Source: a virus
Reading direction: 5' to 3' (one strand)
IMG/VR virus record: IMGVR_UViG_3300045988_183236
Coordinates: 35,677 to 99,676 of that record
Length of the DNA: 64,000 nucleotides
The notes beneath the pieces were generated by a model. That model was not told the DNA's origin, ran no database searches, and saw only the letters and a program-made list of their open reading frames with translations. The translations under genes were made by a program, and so were the position numbers. Positions 26,001 to 34,131 of this stretch are shown in pieces (within the stretch, counting starts at the first letter, position 1; each line of letters begins with the position of its first letter).

Positions 26001-27434
26001 TCAGCTGTTCGATTCACCCGGCAGCCACTGCTGCGGATAAGCACGAAGGCGGTTACTCGGCACGCAGTCATTCAGAGCAGAGTTCTCAGCAAGCGCCATA
26101 TCAATGATGTAGTAATCATTGCCGTTGCGCATTACATCGACGCTCCACTGCCCTGTCAACTCAATGCGAGGAATAACCTTCTTCAGCTCAGCCAGAACAG
26201 TTTGAACGCTTTCGTGGTAACGCTGGTTCAGAATGTCTTCATGCATCTTGTAGACAACATAATCATGGCGTTCCTGTGGGCTGCTGACTTTTTTGAATTC
26301 GTTCTTCATAACATCGCTGCGCCAATAAGGACTTGCGCCAAGGATTTCCTTTGTATCAAAATCCACAAACACGCGATATTCAGTGTGCAGCGGCAAACCG
26401 TTGTAGATGGTGGGGTTATTTTCTTTGTCCTTGATGTATTCTCTGACGACCCACTCGTTCGTGGTGTTCGCGCCGTAGAAGCAGCGATTGTTCAGAGGGG
26501 ATGCCATCGAGCATGTCAGATGATTCAAAAACAAGAAATACTCGCCCATCTCATTGATTTCCTTCGGGTTATGGATATGAGCGTTGCGGAATTCGTATTT
26601 GGAAGAATACGTGCCCGTTTTGATAAAATAGTCTTCGTATCCATCAAGATGGAAGACTTTCTGGCAATAACGGTTCACGATTTCCTTTGTAACGGGATTC
26701 AACGTCTCGAAACCAAGGCGGGTAAGCTGCAGCATGGTGATAGGTACGCGAAGAATTTTTGTGTCCGGAACCTTGAAAAATGCGCTGCCGTACAATCCCT
26801 CTACCAGAGGAGGAAACCAGAAGCCCATAGAGTTGGGGTTCATCTCAAGCATCTGATAAGTGAAGTCATCAAGGTCGAGGATGTCAAGACCTTGACGGAA
26901 CATGTTGTAGTAGAACATCTTTGTGCTGTCGTTCTTTGCATTCTTGTAGCCTGCGTAGTTTTGAAGCAGTTCCTTGTACGACGGCTCAGAAATGTCAATC
27001 TTCATCAACTTTCCGGTGAGCTGCGGACGGAGTTCTTCGGGGTAGCGTTTCAACTCCTCGTTTGTAACCTCTGTCATAAAGTCGCGGTTGGCAGAGTATG
27101 TCACATAATAGCCACTGCGTTCCGCGTTGTAGATGTACAGACGCGTTTCAAGCACCAGTTCTGTGACGATGCGGTCAATGAGCGAATTGAGTTCCGGTGG
27201 GAAGTAGACCTTTTTGTCGAGAATTGCTTTGACTGTAGCTGTATCCCACTGGAGCATATTTTCATGCAGCTCTCCGCTTTCAAGAACCTGTGTCTTATAG
27301 ACCTCATCAAAGGTTTTGAGGGCATCAGGGTCAGTTTTGAGCATTGCTGCAAGCTCCTCATAGGAAAACGGCTTATCTTTCTTATCGGTTAAGATGGCGC
27401 TGATTTGTTCAAACATGTCTTTTGTTTCAGTCAT
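26001..27434 (-). CDS. large hypothetical protein, possibly ATP-grasp-like C-terminal domain
   Basis: 477 aa; C-terminal ...GQWSVDVMRNGNDYYIIDMALAENSAL resembles ATP-grasp fold end; weak. Confidence 0.45.
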   Translation of the reverse strand: MTETKDMFEQISAILTDKKDKPFSYEELAAMLKTDPDALKTFDEVYKTQVLESGELHENMLQWDTATVKAILDKKVYFPPELNSLIDRIVTELVLETRLYIYNAERSGYYVTYSANRDFMTEVTNEELKRYPEELRPQLTGKLMKIDISEPSYKELLQNYAGYKNAKNDSTKMFYYNMFRQGLDILDLDDFTYQMLEMNPNSMGFWFPPLVEGLYGSAFFKVPDTKILRVPITMLQLTRLGFETLNPVTKEIVNRYCQKVFHLDGYEDYFIKTGTYSSKYEFRNAHIHNPKEINEMGEYFLFLNHLTCSMASPLNNRCFYGANTTNEWVVREYIKDKENNPTIYNGLPLHTEYRVFVDFDTKEILGASPYWRSDVMKNEFKKVSSPQERHDYVVYKMHEDILNQRYHESVQTVLAELKKVIPRIELTGQWSVDVMRNGNDYYIIDMALAENSALNDCVPSNRLRAYPQQWLPGESNS

Positions 27435-27504
27435 TTGTGGTCTCCTTTTCTAAAAAAGCCACCGTTTCTGTAGGAAAACAGTGGCAATGTATAAGTGATA
27501 TGGT

Positions 27505-28245
27505 TTAGCTTGCAATGTACAACTCACTGTTGGAAATGTTCTCCAGCCAGTTTTTGTTCATTACATTACCAAAACGATATTTCTTCTGCGACTTGTAGGA
27601 CCAATCGCAGCCGGAAACGACATCACCGATGGCGTTCAAGTACAGCTCGCCGCTGTAAAAGTCGATATCGCCGGTTTTGTTGAATTCGTATTCGAGCTTG
27701 TCTACATGAGGTTCACGCTTCTTATAGATATTCGAATCGAGATTCTTAGCACGCCCTTCGTTTAGTAAATAAGCCAGATGGAAGTCCGTTACCTTATCGT
27801 TACGGTTATATTTCAAGCCACTAAGGATACTTTCACTTTCATATGGGATTGCTTCGTGGAAGTTATCACTGCTGATGCAAAGACCGCACATATAGTCATC
27901 TTTTTCATCGCAGTAGGCCCACCACTCCAGACTCGCCATAGCAAGGTCAGCCATCTTATCGACAGCTTTTCCGTTAGTGACCATGTAAAAGCTTCCAACG
28001 GCGATACCGCGCTCTTTGACAGCTTTCAAGGTGTATCGAATTGCCGGTATATTCAGAGAGATTTCCCCACCGGTAAAGGTAAGAGAGCTGATATAAGCTC
28101 CCTTCTCAAAGTTGTCGAGAAAAGCATCGATGTACTTCTCCTGAATATCGATGCTTTCGGCATCTCCGCGCAGGCAGTGCGCACAGCACATATTGCATCG
28201 GCGCGTAACTTCTATGAATACGTTGTTTGCGCTATAAATACGCAT
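27505..28245 (-). CDS. radical SAM protein (CxxxCxxC; QueE/NrdG-activase-like size)
   Basis: TRRCNMCCAHCL = C-x3-C-x2-C radical SAM cluster motif 17 aa from N-terminus; 246 aa. Confidence 0.6.
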   Translation of the reverse strand: MRIYSANNVFIEVTRRCNMCCAHCLRGDAESIDIQEKYIDAFLDNFEKGAYISSLTFTGGEISLNIPAIRYTLKAVKERGIAVGSFYMVTNGKAVDKMADLAMASLEWWAYCDEKDDYMCGLCISSDNFHEAIPYESESILSGLKYNRNDKVTDFHLAYLLNEGRAKNLDSNIYKKREPHVDKLEYEFNKTGDIDFYSGELYLNAIGDVVSGCDWSYKSQKKYRFGNVMNKNWLENISNSELYIAS

Positions 28246-28263
28246 TTTTTCATGCCCTTTCTG

Positions 28264-28593
28264 TTATTCTTCCTCGCAATCCTCGTAGTCGTCCATGAAG
28301 TTCTCGTTGCGGTCGATGACAACATTCACATCCGGCGGAGCGATTTTAGTCAGACCATAGTTCAAGAAGAACGAGCCGGGAATGTCATCGACATCGCCCC
28401 AGTTCCAGCAACCACAGTTGATTTCCAGCTGTCGTTTGCCTTCATCCGTCTTGAGATAGTCCATGACAGCACTGCGCAGGACCGTTTCGGGGTCATGGAT
28501 TTGCTCCGGATTGTAGCTGAATTGCATCAGTGTGCATTCCGTTGCGGATAAGCCAATGACCTCATTGGCGACGATAGTGAAAGTCTTTAGCAT
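28264..28593 (-). CDS. hypothetical protein
   Basis: 109 aa. Confidence 0.4.
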   Translation of the reverse strand: MLKTFTIVANEVIGLSATECTLMQFSYNPEQIHDPETVLRSAVMDYLKTDEGKRQLEINCGCWNWGDVDDIPGSFFLNYGLTKIAPPDVNVVIDRNENFMDDYEDCEEE

Positions 28594-28608
28594 TGGTATT
28601 CCTCCTTC

Positions 28609-28935
28609 CTAAACGTTGACGATGCCGCCGTGCTTGGCCAGAACCGCGTCTACGGTTTCTACGGGCACATACCCGTAGACCGTAGCCAGCGGTGCCTCGT
28701 CGTCTTCAGCAAACGGCAAAAACTCTTCGACCTCCTCAGACAAGTAGCTGAGTTCGACCTTAGAGTAATTGCCGTCCGACAGGTCTTCGTTCGGTATGCA
28801 GTAGTGCATGCCGCTTGCCTGAATCGACAGGGTGAAGCCGTCTGCACAAACTGCTTCCGGACGAAGTGCAGCAGTACCAAAGATGGTCTTGCTGAAGGTT
28901 TTGCGGAGAAATTCGTTGGTATTGAAAATAGCCAT
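28609..28935 (-). CDS. hypothetical protein
   Basis: 108 aa. Confidence 0.4.
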   Translation of the reverse strand: MAIFNTNEFLRKTFSKTIFGTAALRPEAVCADGFTLSIQASGMHYCIPNEDLSDGNYSKVELSYLSEEVEEFLPFAEDDEAPLATVYGYVPVETVDAVLAKHGGIVNV

Positions 28936-28970
28936 AGTAATATGCTCCCTTTCTGTGTGTGAGATGTTTC

Positions 28971-29711
28971 TTAGATGTACTTTTCCCAGAAGCGCTCGAA
29001 CTCTTCGTCCGGCATCTGGGCTTCGGTTTCATCCATCACGCGGTCGTAAGTATCGCTGGAAATGTCGGTCCCGACAAAATCAGCAACAGCCTCATGTCCG
29101 CGCTTCTGGATGGCATCCTTCAGGATAGCCCAACGACATTCGTGAATGGCATCATCCAGCGTTTTGTTGCCATCAGGCTGCCAATACTCGCCTGTCTGCT
29201 GAATTCTATAAAACTCATCCAGCGCATCATCAACATTGTTTTCGAGAAGAATATCGTCAATAAAATTGATAGGATAATCCTTGCCGTTGATTTTCACTTC
29301 TGCATAACTGAACGAGTCATCATCATCGGGGCTTGCGCAGCATTCGACAGCAAAAACTTCATGGGTTTTGCGGTTGGCTTTGCATGGCAGATTGAACATT
29401 GCACCGGAATCAAAGCAGGACTCAATGCAGGCATTGACCACATCGCTTACGGGAGACTCTGCAGCCTCCTGATATTCCGGCATGTGCCAGATGTCGATGC
29501 TTGCCTTGTTGGTATCCTCAATGTTGCGGACCTTCAAGACACGGACACCCTTCTTCTCCATGTGAATGACGGCACGGCACAGGTCCACACGGATTTCGTG
29601 TGAATCCATAATGGTGCCGCGGTCATCCTTAGGTAGGAAGATTTCGATAACTTTGTTGATATCGGGGGTTTCGGCGACGAAATAGACTTTGTCATCGTGA
29701 ATTTTGAACAT
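28971..29711 (-). CDS. hypothetical acidic protein
   Basis: Start probably MFKIHDD (AAGGAG RBS 9 nt upstream); promoter 29849-29876. Confidence 0.45.
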   Translation of the reverse strand: MFKIHDDKVYFVAETPDINKVIEIFLPKDDRGTIMDSHEIRVDLCRAVIHMEKKGVRVLKVRNIEDTNKASIDIWHMPEYQEAAESPVSDVVNACIESCFDSGAMFNLPCKANRKTHEVFAVECCASPDDDDSFSYAEVKINGKDYPINFIDDILLENNVDDALDEFYRIQQTGEYWQPDGNKTLDDAIHECRWAILKDAIQKRGHEAVADFVGTDISSDTYDRVMDETEAQMPDEEFERFWEKYI

Positions 29712-29848
29712 TGCATTACGCTCCTTCTTGTTCATACAAAAAGGGCGGGCTCCCTAAAAACAGGAAGTCCGCCCTTTAAGCGAAATTGTGAATGTACGAA
29801 AGGCATAAAACCCTTTCGATATGGAATGTTATCTATCGTACAATTTTT

Positions 29849-29876
29849 ATTGTAGTCGGTTCGCACAGCTTGTCGA
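29849..29876 (-). promoter_or_regulatory. TGTGCGAAC-class promoter
   Basis: RC TCGACA-agc-TGTGCGAAC-cgac-TACAAT. Confidence 0.5.
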
Positions 29877-29894
29877 GTAAATCAGGTGCAATTT

Positions 29895-31055
29895 TTATGG
29901 TTTGCAAATCCCACACGCCGAATACCCTTCCTGGATGAGCTCATCGCGGGGCCCCATATAGTCGATTCGATTCTTTTGACTCATCGATTCGACTGCAGAG
30001 CAATCGGGTTTGTGAAACTTCATAGTGCTCGTGTTCAGAACGTATGTCTCGTCTATGACAAGTGAAGCTTTGTCCTGTTCATCCTTGGAATCTGCAGCAC
30101 TACCGGCTTCAATCCGATTTTCATCATGATATTCACCGGAAGTGAAACTTACCTCTTTGCCATCCGAGGTGCAGTAAATATCACCCAGCAGGTCTGTGCG
30201 ATAAACCTCGACACCTTTGTTTTGCAACTTGTCGAGTGTTTCCTGATGTGGATGACCGTAACTGTTCCCTGTGCCACAAGAAATCACAGCATATGTTGGA
30301 TTTACCGCATCCAGAAAAGCCTCTGAGGTAGATGTACTTGAGCCATGATGCCCTACTTTCAGAACTGTTGACTGAATGTCTTGTCCCGATGCAAGTATCA
30401 CGTTTTCCGCTTCCTGTTCCGCATCTCCGGTAAAGAGGAACGAGGTGTCTCCATAGACAATACGCAAAACAATCGAAGTATTGTTCGTGTCATCGGGAAC
30501 AGAATTAACACCAACTATCGTGAATTCCGCTTCCCCCAGAGTGTAGGTTTCACCCACATCCGGTATCGTGATGCCTCCGCCTTTTTGCTCCGCGTAGCTT
30601 GCAAAGTCCCGAAATGCTTTGCTGTCGTATTCTGTCACAGGGCATAGAGTCATGTTCGCAGTGACGGCCTCAAAAGCACCGGACAAGCCGCCGATGTGGT
30701 CTTCGTGCGCGTGAGTCCCAACGACATAATCCAGGTGCCCATCGGTTTCACGCTGCATAACAGAATATAAGAGGTTAGAATCATCGACATTGCCGCCATC
30801 AATGAGCATTGAGTGGCCGTCGCAGGTAACAAGAGCGGAATCCGCCTGCCCTACGTCTATAAAATGAATGGTAAAGCTGCCGTCCACCGAACCGCCAGCC
30901 GTCTGGTCACTGCTCACAGTGCTTTCTGAGACGACCCCGATACTGGATGGACTTTCCGATATTATCGGATTCTGACCGCAGCCGGTGAAGCTGAGTGCAA
31001 AGAGCGCAGCGATGATTGCCGCTGTACTCCGTAAAAGCTTGTTTTTGATTTTCAT
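29895..31055 (-). CDS. lipoprotein, MBL-fold metallo-hydrolase (ComEC C-terminal domain-like), possible secreted nuclease
   Basis: Signal/lipobox ...LFALSFTGCG; HFIDVGQADS...THAHEDHIGG (HxHxDH); Cys-rich tail CSAVES...CGIC. Confidence 0.6.
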   Translation of the reverse strand: MKIKNKLLRSTAAIIAALFALSFTGCGQNPIISESPSSIGVVSESTVSSDQTAGGSVDGSFTIHFIDVGQADSALVTCDGHSMLIDGGNVDDSNLLYSVMQRETDGHLDYVVGTHAHEDHIGGLSGAFEAVTANMTLCPVTEYDSKAFRDFASYAEQKGGGITIPDVGETYTLGEAEFTIVGVNSVPDDTNNTSIVLRIVYGDTSFLFTGDAEQEAENVILASGQDIQSTVLKVGHHGSSTSTSEAFLDAVNPTYAVISCGTGNSYGHPHQETLDKLQNKGVEVYRTDLLGDIYCTSDGKEVSFTSGEYHDENRIEAGSAADSKDEQDKASLVIDETYVLNTSTMKFHKPDCSAVESMSQKNRIDYMGPRDELIQEGYSACGICKP

Positions 31056-31166
31056 GAATTCTTCTCCTTTCAACAAAAAAAGCGGACCTACCCCGTGATG
31101 GGATAAGTCCGCTTAAAATACAGATTGTGAATCCTACTGATTGCTTAGTATCTGTTCACACTTTAC

Positions 31167-31194
31167 ATTGTACGGCGTTCGTATATTTTGGCAA
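31167..31194 (-). promoter_or_regulatory. TACGAAC-class promoter variant
   Basis: RC TTGCCA-aaa-TATACGAAC-gccg-TACAAT. Confidence 0.45.
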
Positions 31195-31197
31195 GCG

Positions 31198-31410
31198 CTA
31201 TTTTTCCCCAAACTTGATGTCGATATATACAATCTCAAAGCACAACGCAGCGCTCAAGACAAATCCAAGAACAACATATGACGGATGAGTCAAGGACCAG
31301 CCAGGATTCGCTAGATACCCATGCCAATATCTAATGTTAAGTACAAAAATAAACACCGGCAGAATTAGATACCAGATGCTTTCCAGCACAATTTTGATAT
31401 TTTTTCGCAT
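31198..31410 (-). CDS. small membrane protein
   Basis: 70 aa, two hydrophobic helices; start overlaps stop of upstream peptide (TGAGATG). Confidence 0.4.
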   Translation of the reverse strand: MRKNIKIVLESIWYLILPVFIFVLNIRYWHGYLANPGWSLTHPSYVVLGFVLSAALCFEIVYIDIKFGEK

Positions 31411-31411
31411 C

Positions 31412-31528
31412 TCACTCGCCTCGAAATTCGAGCGGAATCATGGTCCGGCGCTTTTGGCTTTCTGAATACCAGATAACGCCAAATCCGACCAGGATAGCGA
31501 AAATGATGATTTTCAAAAGCTTCTTCAT
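31412..31528 (-). CDS. small membrane peptide (38 aa)
   Basis: AAGGAGAAATAAATG; MKKLLKIIIFAILVGFGVIWYSESQKRRTMIPLEFRGE; translationally coupled to next gene. Confidence 0.3.
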   Translation of the reverse strand: MKKLLKIIIFAILVGFGVIWYSESQKRRTMIPLEFRGE

Positions 31529-31705
31529 TTATTTCTCCTTTTATGCTGCGGATGCAAAGATGTCACCGCAAGGGCAGTTATAAAACATTTTATACCGACT
31601 TGTCACGGCCAATATATCCCAATTCTTAATATCTCTCTCCTTTTTTAGAAAATTTTTATCGCTGCGAATATCTTTATGGCATCGTGATATTCGCAGAATA
31701 ATTGT

Positions 31706-32368
31706 TTATGCTTTGCTCATTTTTGTCAGTCGCTTAGCAACTGACATGATGAGCCATTTCTGGGTTTTCTCCGAGAGTTGGCGGGGCTTGCATTCGATTT
31801 TCTTGCGAATCCCGCAGGTACTTTCGCCGTTGTAATATAGCAGAACTCCTATACCATCAGGAATCTCATCTTTGACTTTCTTGTATAGTGCTAACGGCAT
31901 CGCATAGTAGTTACAGTGCCCCACAAAGTTGTGGCCATGGTCAGAGTGAAAGTCACTCACGGAAACCTTAATTTCCACGCAGGTGATGACGGTGTCGATG
32001 GTGTATGTATGTTTCGTCTTATATAGCCTGCAGAACCGTTCCGTACACGGTTCATTACGAAAACTCCAGTTGGCGATATCTTTAGGGCATGATACTTCCT
32101 GCGTCCACTGCCGGACGGACGGCATAACTAAGTCTCTGTCCTCATCCCTGTACATTGAGAGTTTGCAGGTCCCACATTTTGTTTCTGATGTGAAGCACTC
32201 TTGGACCCGAACGAAGTCAACAAGACCGGATTTTATCGAGCCACACTCGACAGGTACTTCCAGAGCTTCGAAGCCTTGACGGAACGAATCAACCCGGTAT
32301 CCACCATAGCTGGTAGGATGCCAAACCTTTAGCGCTGATTTGATTTTTTGAGTCAGAAGAGTTTTTGC
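31706..32368 (-). CDS. PD-(D/E)XK nuclease family-like protein with Cys cluster
   Basis: Start MAKTLL (GGATTGGAG RBS); ...DTVITCVEIKVSVSD (D..E-x-K) and CGTC/C..C motifs. Confidence 0.45.
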   Translation of the reverse strand, partial: AKTLLTQKIKSALKVWHPTSYGGYRVDSFRQGFEALEVPVECGSIKSGLVDFVRVQECFTSETKCGTCKLSMYRDEDRDLVMPSVRQWTQEVSCPKDIANWSFRNEPCTERFCRLYKTKHTYTIDTVITCVEIKVSVSDFHSDHGHNFVGHCNYYAMPLALYKKVKDEIPDGIGVLLYYNGESTCGIRKKIECKPRQLSEKTQKWLIMSVAKRLTKMSKA

Positions 32369-32385
32369 CATGGCTACTCCAATCC

Positions 32386-32679
32386 TCATCGAATGATTTC
32401 GTGCGCAATAACGTCGGATTCCGTACAAAAGATATCGCTGTAATCGGCCTCATCATTGCCCGCACAGACCTCATGCTGATATGGTGCCGTGCCCTTGCGT
32501 TCAATTTCAATGCGCCAGATACCGTTCGTATAGCGCACTACCAAAATCGTGTCATCATCCAAGAACAGCCGGACTCCCTTGACATCGAAGCAACCAATTT
32601 CATCGACCCCATAGTTGGAATTATCCAGGCAGACAAGGTCGTCACTGGACCCATAAATTTTGACCACGTTGCACCTCAC
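32386..32679 (-). CDS. hypothetical protein
   Basis: 97 aa. Confidence 0.4.
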   Translation of the reverse strand: MRCNVVKIYGSSDDLVCLDNSNYGVDEIGCFDVKGVRLFLDDDTILVVRYTNGIWRIEIERKGTAPYQHEVCAGNDEADYSDIFCTESDVIAHEIIR

Positions 32680-32951
32680 ACCGTTTTCTGTTCGCTGGTG
32701 ACAATGCGCGGGATGAATAGAAATTCAGTTTTTCTTGTTTCAGCGTTGGTTCTCCGAATGGCCGTGCCATCCCGAACGATTTTCACGCCATCCTTATTGA
32801 TGACAGGCTTTTCTTTGCCGACGAAGTTCATCAGTTCCAGCTCTTCAACAGTGTAGTTATCCCGGTGCAGCCATTCCGTGAGCTCACCGTCATCGTCGAA
32901 AACCGGGACAGCCTCGCTCCCCAGCGTGCTCCTTGCTTCAAACTTATTCAT
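32676..32951 (-). CDS. hypothetical protein
   Basis: 91 aa. Confidence 0.4.
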   Translation of the reverse strand: MNKFEARSTLGSEAVPVFDDDGELTEWLHRDNYTVEELELMNFVGKEKPVINKDGVKIVRDGTAIRRTNAETRKTEFLFIPRIVTSEQKTV

Positions 32952-33058
32952 AGTTTTTGTCTCCTTGCAACAATTTTTTATGCGATTTATCGGAATTTTT
33001 GGGGCTATATCTTAGTTTTGCAACATCCATACAGCTGCAAAGACTCAAGTTGATGGCA

Positions 33059-33913
33059 TTACCCAGCTTTCTTGGTTTTCTTGGTTTCGGGCTTTACGAT
33101 ACCGCCGTTGGCATCGTAGACATTGTATGGGAAGTCACCGTTATTGACGCGCTGCCCGGTGGCAGTCTTATAATACTGGTTCAGTCGGTTTGCAGTACGG
33201 AAAAAGGCAAACCTTGCATACTGTGTGCCGCGCTTGACACGATTTTCGCGCAGCAGTTCGTCCCGCAGCGTGATAGCATAATGTTCGGCTTCATTGTTGG
33301 TGAACCCCGAATAGAACACGTCCATGAACTTCTCGATATAAATAGCGGGAACATCGTTCATGGCAGCCACAATGATGGCCGCTGTCGTGCCTGCGGAATT
33401 GAGCCCCGGCAGTGTAGCCTTCTTGATGCATTTGGTGGCGGATTCGATTTGCGTGCGGTATTTCATCAGCCATTCGCTCAAAGCTTCCTCGTGACTGAGG
33501 TTCGAGCCTGCGAACACGCGGCCGATGAGGTTTGCTGCGGAGAGAATCGTATTGTTCGTCCAGCTCATATCGTACTCGGACATCTGCACACGGTTCGCCA
33601 TGGAGCGGATGTTTCCGGAATCGATGTGCTGAGACTTGGCGGCATTAAAGGTCACGTTCATACGCACGGTCACACCGGACTCGACGATAGCGAGCAGCCG
33701 ATGCTGTCCGTCAACCAGCGTGCCATCGGAGGCGATGGCAATACCCTGATGCGTAGTATCCCCATGTCCTTCTCTCATGTCCTTTGCCATCTTTTTGACT
33801 TTGGCGACGTTCACGTTCCGATTGTTATCGTTCCTCTCAAGCCATTTTGCCGCCTGTTCGGGCGAGATTTCGTAGCCGTCCCGAGTCCTTTGATTAAAAT
33901 TATAGCGTCCCAT
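33059..33913 (-). CDS. ParB/Srx-like nuclease domain protein
   Basis: Start MGRYNF; GIAIASDGTLVDGQHRLLAI = ParB N-terminal domain signature. Confidence 0.6.
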   Translation of the reverse strand: MGRYNFNQRTRDGYEISPEQAAKWLERNDNNRNVNVAKVKKMAKDMREGHGDTTHQGIAIASDGTLVDGQHRLLAIVESGVTVRMNVTFNAAKSQHIDSGNIRSMANRVQMSEYDMSWTNNTILSAANLIGRVFAGSNLSHEEALSEWLMKYRTQIESATKCIKKATLPGLNSAGTTAAIIVAAMNDVPAIYIEKFMDVFYSGFTNNEAEHYAITLRDELLRENRVKRGTQYARFAFFRTANRLNQYYKTATGQRVNNGDFPYNVYDANGGIVKPETKKTKKAG

Positions 33914-34131
33914 CTGTAATCCCTTTCTGCCTATGTGGGCATATGTCTGATATTTGTTATTGATATTCAGAAAAATTCCCTGATTTGTGATTATATTCGT
34001 GTTGGTCGAGTTGGCGTGGCTGCATCGAAACAATGCGCAACGTTCTGAGCCCGTGCATAACACCTTCTCTCACCAGCGGCGATAAGGTATCCCTGCCGCT
34101 GAGGTTATGAGTCCTAGCTCTGTCGTCTGAA

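Noticed and set aside
26202-27392. 396-aa plus-strand ORF
   Set aside because: Completely inside and antisense to the 477-aa minus gene, which has RBS, promoter and terminator.
27505-28245. 7-deazaguanine DNA-modification (QueE) cluster
   Set aside because: No queC, queD, folE or dpdA partners present in the window.
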